DNA of 35,655 nt from the IMG/VR virus record IMGVR_UViG_3300032253_000022, positions 1-35,655 of that record; one strand, 5' to 3'. This document shows positions 1-7,371 of this stretch, one piece after another. How positions within the stretch are numbered: the stretch's first letter is position 1; each line of letters starts with the position of its first letter. Made by a program: the position numbers and the translations under genes. The DNA comes from a virus (taxonomy: Duplodnaviria > Caudoviricetes). The notes below the pieces were generated by a model. The model saw only the letters and a list, made by a program, of their open reading frames with translations. It had not been told where the DNA came from and did not search any database.

Positions 1-127
1 ACAGTTAAGTGCTTCACCCACATAGGAGATTTAGAAAAAGGCATGGAGCTTGTAAATCATTGCTTAAGAATTATAAATGAATGTAATCCTGAGTGGTATG
101 TGATAGAAAACCCTGCAAAGGGTAGAT
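1..127. repeat. Terminal direct repeat, copy 1 (identical to 35529-35655); circular assembly overlap
   Basis: acagttaagtgc...gcaaagggtagat occurs at both ends. 127 bp is a common maximum assembler k-mer, and the repeat lies inside a CDS. Confidence 0.95.
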
Positions 128-444
128 TAAAAGAGCATTTAGGGAAAGCTAATGCAACTTATCAGCCTTGGCAATATGGCAGCCCTTGGACTAAACAAAC
201 AGCATTATGGGGAAACTTTAATATGCCTGATAAGATTTATACTAAATGGGAAGATGTTCCAAAGAATGATAAATTATATATCAGACCTAAAAGGCAAAAA
301 CCTGCTTTAGTATATTTGCACAAATCAGCTATTGACTTAATACCTGAATTCGAATTTGCAAGAGAGCATATTAAATGTGATGCTGATATAAGATCTATGT
401 GTAGTCAAGGTTTTGCTAAATCATTTTATGAAGCCAATAGATAG
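1..444 (+). CDS. C5-cytosine DNA methyltransferase, C-terminal part (continues from ATG at 35355 across the circular junction; 205 aa in total)
   Basis: In frame with 35355. Contains the ENP motif VI (WYVIENP) and QPWQYGSPWTKQTALWG; the N-terminal part carries the catalytic PPC. Confidence 0.85.
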   Translation, partial: TVKCFTHIGDLEKGMELVNHCLRIINECNPEWYVIENPAKGRLKEHLGKANATYQPWQYGSPWTKQTALWGNFNMPDKIYTKWEDVPKNDKLYIRPKRQKPALVYLHKSAIDLIPEFEFAREHIKCDADIRSMCSQGFAKSFYEANR

Positions 445-478
445 CTAAAGGTTTACTAAAGGTTTATCATGTTAAAGT
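445..478 (+). promoter_or_regulatory. Putative promoter with tandem 11-bp repeat (ctaaaggttta x2) and extended -10 (TGtTAAAGT)
   Basis: Perfect tandem repeat at 445-455 and 456-466; TG-N-TAAAGT at 470-478; strong SD (aaggag) downstream. Confidence 0.55.
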
Positions 479-501
479 TAGGAACTTAAAAGGAGTACGA
501 C

Positions 502-552
502 ATGAAGCGATTTGAGAGATTAATGGAAAAACTAGGTGAATTATTATGGTAG
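502..552 (+). CDS. Short leader peptide, 16 aa (MKRFERLMEKLGELLW)
   Basis: Strong SD aaaggag upstream of the ATG; the stop overlaps the start of the next gene. Confidence 0.4.
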   Translation: MKRFERLMEKLGELLW

Positions 553-833
553 TTCACAAAGGAGATTGCACCACAAAAGAGTCACCAAGTGGTAGATTAT
601 GGATAAATGCAATAGTAGATGATATTGCAGATGGTTTATACTCAGTAGCTATCTATGCAGATGATGGAGGTTTAGTATTTCTAAAGTACATTGAGTACGA
701 TGATATACAGCCTTATTTTAACATCGAGTTAGAAAAGCAGTATGACTATGGTACTTATACAGTAGTTATTGCAGAAGATGAAGAAGATCATGACGAAGAT
801 GATTACCCTTTAGAATTGGCTTACGATGTATAG
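546..833 (+). CDS. Acidic hypothetical protein
   Basis: 95-aa ORF with about 24 D/E versus 5 K/R. Confidence 0.75.
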   Translation: MVVHKGDCTTKESPSGRLWINAIVDDIADGLYSVAIYADDGGLVFLKYIEYDDIQPYFNIELEKQYDYGTYTVVIAEDEEDHDEDDYPLELAYDV

Positions 834-1215
834 CAAAGAACAACAGCTTGGTGCAAGTCGCATCAAGGCTAAAAAAGTTTCTACCTTTGGTAAGCGTAAA
901 GTGATTAAAAAGAAGCGTATCACAAACGAAACAGAACTAAAGATGAACAACTGGCTGCACGAAGAAGCTCAGATGAACCATTATAAATGTTTTGTATGTA
1001 GCAAACCAGTAGAAGAATGGCATCATATTAAGCGTGATAGTACCGATAAAAAGAACCACTTTCAACAGTTGCCATTATGCAGGTATCACCATACTGGAGA
1101 TGCTTTATCACCTCATGGAACTGCAACGCTTTGGAGAGATACATACAGCATGGAAGAACAGCGTAATTTTGCAAATAAGATCTATATAAAATTTATGGAG
1201 AGAGATAATGGATAA
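826..1215 (+). CDS. HNH-like nuclease (Ref/DUF968-like)
   Basis: CFVC...EWHH...PLCRYHH...SPH pattern. Confidence 0.7.
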   Translation: MYSKEQQLGASRIKAKKVSTFGKRKVIKKKRITNETELKMNNWLHEEAQMNHYKCFVCSKPVEEWHHIKRDSTDKKNHFQQLPLCRYHHTGDALSPHGTATLWRDTYSMEEQRNFANKIYIKFMERDNG

Positions 1216-1429
1216 AACAGATGAACTAAAACCACTACACTATAAAAAAGGTGAGGATACATTTGCTTGGGCTGAAAAACGTTTTAACGATGAACAGCTA
1301 CAAGCTATTGCAGAATTTAATATCCATAAGTATCTATCAAGAAATAAAGATCAAGACGTAAGCGATTTTGGAAAGATAGCAGTATATGCTTTATGGATTA
1401 AGGGTATTTTAGAAAAGGAACAATCATGA
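1208..1429 (+). CDS. DUF3310/SaV-like small phage protein
   Basis: PLHY motif, FNIHKYLSR, DFGK..Y pattern. Confidence 0.6.
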   Translation: MDKTDELKPLHYKKGEDTFAWAEKRFNDEQLQAIAEFNIHKYLSRNKDQDVSDFGKIAVYALWIKGILEKEQS

Positions 1430-1626
1430 AAGCAAGAGCTAAAAGATTAGATAATGGCGAGTTTGTTGATGGACAATACCATTTTATGGAATATTGGGAC
1501 ACACACACCATGTGGGCGATAGACCATGCACATAAAATCGACCCACTAACACTACAATACAAAGTAGGTGACTCATGGTATACAGAAGCAGAGCTTGAAT
1601 TATTAGTACACACAAAGGAGAAGTAA
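1426..1626 (+). CDS. Hypothetical protein with YopX-like N-terminus
   Basis: RAKRLDNGEFVDG...IDPLTLQY resembles YopX; overlaps neighbouring genes. Confidence 0.55.
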   Translation: MKARAKRLDNGEFVDGQYHFMEYWDTHTMWAIDHAHKIDPLTLQYKVGDSWYTEAELELLVHTKEK

Positions 1627-1808
1627 TGAGAGAATTAAACTTTATAGATAAATTTTTATCATGGTTTTTTGAAAGAAAGTTGTTTTGCAGAATTGGTTGG
1701 CACACATGGCAATGGAAGATTGAAAGTGGTGATACGATTTATTTAGATGGGGAAATACCTAATAAAGCAAAGTGTAAGCACTGCAAGACTCCATACAGTA
1801 AAGGATAG
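1626..1808 (+). CDS. Small Cys/His protein (DUF1660-like)
   Basis: KLFCRIGWHTW...CKHC. Confidence 0.55.
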   Translation: MRELNFIDKFLSWFFERKLFCRIGWHTWQWKIESGDTIYLDGEIPNKAKCKHCKTPYSKG

Positions 1809-1865
1809 GTTATGAACTATCTTCCATAACTTTATTGTAGAATATAGTTATTTTGTCACAAACTC

Positions 1866-1894
1866 TTGACATAGTGTTAAAAATACGTTATAAT
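1866..1894 (+). promoter_or_regulatory. Consensus sigma70 promoter
   Basis: TTGACA (1866-1871), 17-bp spacer, TATAAT (1889-1894); SD aaggag downstream. Confidence 0.85.
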
Positions 1895-1917
1895 ATGGCA
1901 TAACAAAAGGAGATAAG

Positions 1918-2052
1918 ATGACATCAAAAGAATTTATGGAAAATGAGATAAGAGCAGAATTAGCACTTTATAAAGAGTGTTTTGGAACTACAGAAGGGTT
2001 TAAGGAATACTTTAAAGATAAAGTGGAAAGAGAAATAAGACAATGCAAATAG
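1918..2052 (+). CDS. Small hypothetical protein, 44 aa (MTSKEFMENEIRAELALYKECF...)
   Basis: Not in the ORF track; strong SD aaaaggag directly after the consensus promoter. Confidence 0.6.
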   Translation: MTSKEFMENEIRAELALYKECFGTTEGFKEYFKDKVEREIRQCK

Positions 2053-2312
2053 AATATAAAAAGGAAGCTTTAGAGATGGGATATATTATCTCATCTGAAC
2101 TTACAAAAGAGTTTAACAATAAAATAATAGCCACAGTAAGGCTTAGAGATTTAGAGAGTGGTAATTTATCTAAAGAATGTCCATTATTTATATCAGAAAC
2201 TGAAACACAAGCAATTATAAACGCATTTATGTTTATTAAAAGTAAGTCACTAGTTGAGGAAAGTTTAAAAGTTTGGGGTGAAACTAAAATAAAGGTAGGT
2301 GACGAACAATGA
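2043..2312 (+). CDS. Hypothetical protein
   Basis: 89-aa ORF in an overlapping gene series. Confidence 0.65.
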   Translation: MQIEYKKEALEMGYIISSELTKEFNNKIIATVRLRDLESGNLSKECPLFISETETQAIINAFMFIKSKSLVEESLKVWGETKIKVGDEQ

Positions 2313-2551
2313 ATATACAAGAAGAATTAGATTTCCAAATGGACTTAATAAACCCAAATAGTAAAGACTTCTCAAGAACTTATGATTTAGTAGAACATTT
2401 ATTACAATCTGTAAATTGCCACACTTGTGATAAATGCAAATATTATTTTCCTTTTGTTGATGGTAAAGTGGGAAACTGTGGAAACATGTGCAACCAATGT
2501 CCATCAGGAACAACATTTAATTTTGGATGTAATCAATGGGAGAGAAAATGA
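2309..2551 (+). CDS. Cys-rich hypothetical protein
   Basis: CHTCDKCKY...C...FGCNQWERK; ATGA overlap. Confidence 0.65.
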   Translation: MNIQEELDFQMDLINPNSKDFSRTYDLVEHLLQSVNCHTCDKCKYYFPFVDGKVGNCGNMCNQCPSGTTFNFGCNQWERK

Positions 2552-2694
2552 AACCAAACATAACAAACCTAGCTAAATATCTAGGTAACAGCAGAAACAA
2601 ATTCTATGAAATGCAGAAAAACCAGCCTAAGCAGTTTGAGCTTATCATGAATGGGTTTAAGTTGTATTGTGAAAACACTAAACAAGAGAGGTAA
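2548..2694 (+). CDS. Small putative HTH DNA-binding protein, 48 aa
   Basis: Not in the ORF track; ATGA overlap; NITNLAKYLGNSRNKFYEM is helix-turn-helix-like. Confidence 0.55.
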   Translation: MKPNITNLAKYLGNSRNKFYEMQKNQPKQFELIMNGFKLYCENTKQER

Positions 2695-2699
2695 CTAAG

Positions 2700-3068
2700 A
2701 TGGAACGAATTACAAGAGAGCAAGCCGAATTAGAGATAGCGAGAGTGCAAGAAAATGGTATTGATATTAAAGACTTTACAGAAAGCCTTTTAGTAGATAG
2801 AGAAAGCTTAGAAGCTAAAGTAAAAGAGCTTGAAGAAATTAAATCATCAACTGAAAGAGTGTTACAAGCAGAGATACTAAAAGTAAAAGAGCTTGAAGCC
2901 GAACTATCAAGCTATAAAGATAATGTAGTAAGTAACGCCTACTTAGTAAGAATGATAGAAGTCACTTGTGCAGAATACCTACATGGCGATGTAGAAAATG
3001 GTAATGAATTGATAAAACAAATATTAAGGTATTTAGATATCGTAACCATAACAGAAGTAAAGGAGTAA
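2700..3068 (+). CDS. Coiled-coil hypothetical protein
   Basis: KVKELE occurs twice; SD gaggt upstream. Confidence 0.7.
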   Translation: MERITREQAELEIARVQENGIDIKDFTESLLVDRESLEAKVKELEEIKSSTERVLQAEILKVKELEAELSSYKDNVVSNAYLVRMIEVTCAEYLHGDVENGNELIKQILRYLDIVTITEVKE

Positions 3069-3070
3069 CA

Positions 3071-3280
3071 ATGAGAGTAATCATACTAAGAACGCTATTG
3101 ATACTAACATCAATACTGATACCACCACTTGTTATTGGGTATGTTAATTGGGATATCACATTTATATCAACGATACCTGAATGGGGTGAAGGCAGAAGAG
3201 TGCTTTATGGGGTTGTAAGTATTCTTGTTATTGTTTTAGCAGTAGGTGTAGCTTTTACTGCAATAGAGGAGAAGCAATGA
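3071..3280 (+). CDS. Small two-TM membrane protein
   Basis: Two hydrophobic segments; SD aaggag. Confidence 0.65.
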   Translation: MRVIILRTLLILTSILIPPLVIGYVNWDITFISTIPEWGEGRRVLYGVVSILVIVLAVGVAFTAIEEKQ

Positions 3281-3390
3281 AAACAGATACAAAAGTATTT
3301 TTAATTTTAACAACAGCCTATGTATCTTTTATGGGCTTAGTAGTAGCGATTAGTGGGTGTTTAGCTTACTATGTGGCAAAAGCATTATAA
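3277..3390 (+). CDS. Small single-TM peptide, 37 aa
   Basis: Not in the ORF track; SD gaggag; ATGA overlap; MKTDTKVFLILTTAYVSFMGLVVAISGCLAYYVAKAL. Confidence 0.5.
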   Translation: MKTDTKVFLILTTAYVSFMGLVVAISGCLAYYVAKAL

Positions 3391-3400
3391 AGGGGTATAG

Positions 3401-3943
3401 TTGGTAGTAGATAGAAAGAAAAAGTTTTGTAACGATTGTAATTCATACAGGGCTTACAATGCTTTTGATGGATCAAGTACAACGTGCAGAAGTTGTGAAA
3501 CTAAAAAAGTAATGGATCTTTGGTTTAATGATGGTGTAGAAACATTAAAGAAATGCGTATCATGCCCTAAAGTTCTAAATGCTTGTACTGGCTTTTATAT
3601 GCAAGATAGTGGAAACTACACAGGTAGATGCAAGTCGTGTATTAATGAGCAGAATAAAGCACGTTACAGAAAATACAAAAACGTGATGAGGTGTAATCGT
3701 GGGTTCGAGTTTGATGGTAAACGTATATGCAGAACTTGCGATAAAATAGCTACAGTAGATCACTTTAGAGATACACGTATAGACTGTAGAGAGTGCTTAG
3801 GCTTATCAGTTGTACCAGTTAGAAGTATGCCTAAAGCCGATACCGAGTCGAACATAGAAAAGCATAACAGGTATAGACTAAAGCGAGTTGCAGCAAAAAA
3901 GAGAAAACAAGACGATTTTAAAAAAAGATGGGAGATACAATGA
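3401..3943 (+). CDS. Multi-CxxC zinc-ribbon protein (like endonuclease DNA-binding repeats)
   Basis: Three units of K.C..C.....F......C..C and a basic C-terminus; TTG start. Confidence 0.65.
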   Translation: MVVDRKKKFCNDCNSYRAYNAFDGSSTTCRSCETKKVMDLWFNDGVETLKKCVSCPKVLNACTGFYMQDSGNYTGRCKSCINEQNKARYRKYKNVMRCNRGFEFDGKRICRTCDKIATVDHFRDTRIDCRECLGLSVVPVRSMPKADTESNIEKHNRYRLKRVAAKKRKQDDFKKRWEIQ

Positions 3944-4068
3944 GCTACTTTTTATCATTAATTGCAGTATTAGCAATAGGCATAGTATTAAGAGGCGTTG
4001 GTGGTAACAGTATCACTAACAAAGAGGGAGTTATTACAAGTTTTCATGTAGGCAAAAAGTACAGATGA
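3940..4068 (+). CDS. Small peptide with N-terminal hydrophobic segment, 42 aa
   Basis: Not in the ORF track; ATGA overlaps at both ends; SD gggag. Confidence 0.5.
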   Translation: MSYFLSLIAVLAIGIVLRGVGGNSITNKEGVITSFHVGKKYR

Positions 4069-4370
4069 ACAAATACAAAGCGTATCTTTATAGCGAACAA
4101 TGGCAGCAGATACGCAAAAAAGTATTAAAGCGTGATAAGAATAGGTGTAAAGTCTGTAAAGCTACTAAGCATCTTCATGTTCATCATAAGACTTATAAGC
4201 GGTTATATAAAGAGCGTTTATCTGATCTTGTAACTTTATGTAAAGACTGCCACCGAAAAGAGCATAGAAGATATACTAAGATGGAACGCTTTTTAATGGC
4301 TTTAAAAATAGTCATTTTGTCATGTTTTTTAGGTTATATGTTTGTTTTAGCTATAATGGAGTATGTTTAA
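4065..4370 (+). CDS. HNH endonuclease with C-terminal hydrophobic helix
   Basis: W..IR..VL.RD..RC..C....LHVHH......L.TLC..CH..EH, followed by a TM-like tail. Confidence 0.8.
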   Translation: MNKYKAYLYSEQWQQIRKKVLKRDKNRCKVCKATKHLHVHHKTYKRLYKERLSDLVTLCKDCHRKEHRRYTKMERFLMALKIVILSCFLGYMFVLAIMEYV

Positions 4371-4429
4371 TGAAGATGAAATTAAAGTTTTATCAATATC
4401 AGTATTATACATATTGGCATTAATAGCGT

Positions 4430-4864
4430 ATGATTTTGAAAGGGCATTTAGTGGAACATAGATTTATATACAATGAAAAACCCGTAGCTGCTAGTAGACC
4501 AAGAGTAACTTATAAAGGTACATATACAGCTAAGCCTTATAGAGAGTATAAGGAAAAAATGAAGCTATGGGCATCTAGAACCTTTAAGCCAATGGAAGGT
4601 GCAGTAGATATTCATATTTACTTTTATATGCCTATTCCTAAGAGCCTAAGCAAAAAAAAGCAAGATGAGTTAAATGGAACTTTCCATATAAAAAAAGGTG
4701 ATATTGATAATTATATTAAGAGTTGTTTAGACTCTATTGATGGATATGCTTTTAACGATGATGGGCAAGTAGCACAGATATTCGCAAATAAAAAATACAG
4801 CTATACTCCAAGAACAGAAATTTGTATCAAGCAACTTGATTTAGATAATAAAGTATGTATTTGA
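4430..4864 (+). CDS. rusA: RusA-family Holliday junction resolvase (true start may be GTG 4451)
   Basis: P....RPR, KKGDIDNYIKSCLDSI and DDGQV motifs. Confidence 0.9.
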   Translation: MILKGHLVEHRFIYNEKPVAASRPRVTYKGTYTAKPYREYKEKMKLWASRTFKPMEGAVDIHIYFYMPIPKSLSKKKQDELNGTFHIKKGDIDNYIKSCLDSIDGYAFNDDGQVAQIFANKKYSYTPRTEICIKQLDLDNKVCI

Positions 4865-4902
4865 CAAATACTATAAAAAGTAGTATTGTATCCTTAAGGA
4901 TA
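4861..4902 (+). promoter_or_regulatory. Putative promoter and RBS-sequestering palindrome of the endonuclease gene
   Basis: TTGACA 4861-4866, 17 bp, TATTGT 4884-4889; perfect palindrome tatccttaaggata (4889-4902) covers the SD aagga. Confidence 0.6.
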
Positions 4903-4907
4903 GTATT

Positions 4908-5621
4908 ATGAATATGATTAAAGAACTTGATATAAGAGAAGTAGTATCACTGAATGGAAACAAAAAAAGGTACAGGTATGCTCTATTTTCGTGTAATGTA
5001 TGTGGCAATAAAGTAGAGAGAAAAAAGTTTGATGGCATTAAGCAAAAAAAGTGCTGTGGTGGAAAGTCAAAGATAGCGAGTAAAGGAGAACCACTCCATA
5101 CTATGTTCTGTGGAATCAGACAAAGATGCAGCGATGCTAAAGCTATAAACTATAAAAATTATGGTGGTAGAGGTATTAAGCTATGTAAAGAGTGGCATAA
5201 CTTTGATAACTTTGCGAAGTATGCTCTACTTAATGGGTATGTAGTAGGACTAGAGATAGACAGAATTGATAATGATGGGAATTATGAGCCAAATAATATA
5301 AGGTTTGTATCTAAAACAGAGAATTCTAGAAAAACTAGGCGATCAATACACACACATGAAGATATTAGGAATATAAAAAAAGAATATGTTACTACTTTAG
5401 ATACTATGGCAGACCTAGCTGTTAAATATAACGACAGTGCTGGGAATATAGCTAATATTATTTCAGGAAGGATATGGAGTGATATTGATACTGAATATGA
5501 TAGGTATATAGAATCCGTATCTAAGGCTAAAGAATTAATTAAGGGCGATATATTAAAAATATGGAAAAAGCATTACAGCGAAACACCAAGAACGGAGATA
5601 AGTATTAAGCCAGTTCAATAA
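4908..5621 (+). CDS. HNH-type homing endonuclease
   Basis: QRC......YKNYGGRGI..C.EW..F..F and IDRIDNDGNYEPNNIRFV...EN; C-terminal HTH-like region. Confidence 0.85.
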   Translation: MNMIKELDIREVVSLNGNKKRYRYALFSCNVCGNKVERKKFDGIKQKKCCGGKSKIASKGEPLHTMFCGIRQRCSDAKAINYKNYGGRGIKLCKEWHNFDNFAKYALLNGYVVGLEIDRIDNDGNYEPNNIRFVSKTENSRKTRRSIHTHEDIRNIKKEYVTTLDTMADLAVKYNDSAGNIANIISGRIWSDIDTEYDRYIESVSKAKELIKGDILKIWKKHYSETPRTEISIKPVQ

Positions 5622-5641
5622 AATTTTAAAGGAGTTTTATT

Positions 5642-6133
5642 ATGTGTCAATTATACGAGAGAGTAAACAGAATGTTAAAAGGGGATCCTGTGGACGATGT
5701 ACACGCTAAGAAAAACAGACAAACAGTAGAGTCTGTAAAAGAGATAAATGCTAGAGTGCTTAGAGAGCTTAGTTTATCTGAGGTAGTAGAGTTTGTCTTT
5801 AATGAGTTTCCATCAAAGGGTGTACTAAAAGCCTTATCTGTATTAATAGGCAGGGCTGAAAGCATGAAAGATCTATCATCTGCTCAGTCACACGCTAAGG
5901 CATTTAAGAACATTAACAGAAGTAACCCTATCGATGATACCACAAGGATAACTATTGATATGCACACACTAATAGATGATATTGAAACTTTTATAACACT
6001 ATCAACAGATGAGAATAGTGAAGATGGAAGCCTTATATCATCAAGTGAAGCAGAAATCATATTAAAGCTAATACATGACATGGATAAGATACAGACAGAC
6101 CTAGCTTTATTCGTGAATAACAGGAGAGCCTAG
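5642..6133 (+). CDS. Hypothetical protein, possibly a CII-like phage regulator
   Basis: Strong SD. The C-terminal DGS.IS..EAE.I pattern resembles P2/186 CII-family proteins, but weakly. Confidence 0.5.
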   Translation: MCQLYERVNRMLKGDPVDDVHAKKNRQTVESVKEINARVLRELSLSEVVEFVFNEFPSKGVLKALSVLIGRAESMKDLSSAQSHAKAFKNINRSNPIDDTTRITIDMHTLIDDIETFITLSTDENSEDGSLISSSEAEIILKLIHDMDKIQTDLALFVNNRRA

Positions 6134-6134
6134 C

Positions 6135-6320
6135 ATGGAGATATACCTCGTTGGATCAATAGTAGCACTTATGATGTTAGCAGTTAGCTATAATGTTGAT
6201 ACAGAAGCTAAAGAGCATAACATATTCATTAGGGCTACAGTAGAAATAGCATTATCATGGTTTGGTGCAATAACAACTACTTTACGCTTGATAGCTATAA
6301 ACAAGAAGATGAGAGGGTAA
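6135..6320 (+). CDS. Small membrane protein
   Basis: Hydrophobic N-terminus; SD aggag. Confidence 0.6.
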   Translation: MEIYLVGSIVALMMLAVSYNVDTEAKEHNIFIRATVEIALSWFGAITTTLRLIAINKKMRG

Positions 6321-6323
6321 ACA

Positions 6324-6791
6324 ATGGCATTAAGCACCAACAAAAAGAATAAGATAATATCAGAATGGAAAGCTGGTATGCACAAGTCTTACTATGCAGT
6401 ATCAAAAGCACATAAAATAACACAAAAAACTGCTAAGAAAATAATTGTTAATGCTGATATGATAGTGAAAGAGTTTAAAGCTATTAAAGCTAGAGATAAA
6501 ATGGGTACAATCTATGTTATTAGAGCTGGAGACACGAACAATTATAAGATAGGTATAACTACTGGGGATATGCAAAAGCGATTATCTAGCATACAGACTG
6601 GAAACCACTTAAAGCTATCTCTAATTAATAGCGTAAGATGCTCTAATATAAATACTAAAGAGAAGATGCTTCATAAAAAGTTCAATGACTATAGGTCGAT
6701 TAGAGAGTGGTTTATAATAGATGACTTAACAGAACTTTTAAATGAACTATCAAATTTTAGAAACAATACGGTGGTAAAACAAGATGGCTAA
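6324..6791 (+). CDS. GIY-YIG (T5orf172/MUG113-like) endonuclease with TerS-like N-terminal HTH
   Basis: GTIYVI...YKIGIT...KRL..IQTGN...EK.LH.KF..YR...EWF. Confidence 0.85.
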   Translation: MALSTNKKNKIISEWKAGMHKSYYAVSKAHKITQKTAKKIIVNADMIVKEFKAIKARDKMGTIYVIRAGDTNNYKIGITTGDMQKRLSSIQTGNHLKLSLINSVRCSNINTKEKMLHKKFNDYRSIREWFIIDDLTELLNELSNFRNNTVVKQDG

Positions 6792-7371
6792 ACTAACAGC
6801 TAGACAAAAGATAAATATTAAAGCTAAATGGGATACTGGACAGTACACTAAAGAGCAACTATCAAAGTCATACAAAGTTAGTGATGTAATGATAGGAAAG
6901 ATAGTAGGAAAAGAAAAGCCTATGAGTGCCGATATTGTCGAAGCTGGACTATTAGTAGAAAAAGCGAAAAAGTTCGGAAAAAGTTCGGCAGAAAGTTCGG
7001 CTATTGATAATGCTATTAAATATAGACTAGATAAAGAGTTTAGCGACGATAAGAAACGTATAAAAATATATGATTTAAGCAATAAACTATTAGACAAAGT
7101 AGAATCAATATTAGATAAAGGTACAAAGCAGATAGCGATAAAGGTAAAAGATTATTCTAAAGATGGTGGCTCTAACGAAAGCTTACAAGTAGTAGATATT
7201 GATTTAGATACAACAGACGTTAAAAATCTATCTGAAACAGTTGATAAACAGAGTGTAACTCAAAATGTAAATGCACGACACGCACCAAAGCAAGATATAA
7301 ACCTACAGCAACAACAAACACAACTACAGAACCCAAAGGTAACCATTGTCAGACGCTCAGACAGAGATTAG
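6784..7371 (+). CDS. terS: Terminase small subunit
   Basis: N-terminal HTH; lies directly upstream of and overlaps TerL. Confidence 0.7.
   Translation: MAKLTARQKINIKAKWDTGQYTKEQLSKSYKVSDVMIGKIVGKEKPMSADIVEAGLLVEKAKKFGKSSAESSAIDNAIKYRLDKEFSDDKKRIKIYDLSNKLLDKVESILDKGTKQIAIKVKDYSKDGGSNESLQVVDIDLDTTDVKNLSETVDKQSVTQNVNARHAPKQDINLQQQQTQLQNPKVTIVRRSDRD

Noticed and set aside
1-127. Terminal repeat as a biological DTR
   Set aside because: Its length equals a common assembler k-mer and it lies inside a CDS, so it is most likely a circular assembly overlap.
445-466. CRISPR-like or mini-array repeat
   Set aside because: Only two adjacent 11-bp units with no spacers; no array was seen anywhere in the window.
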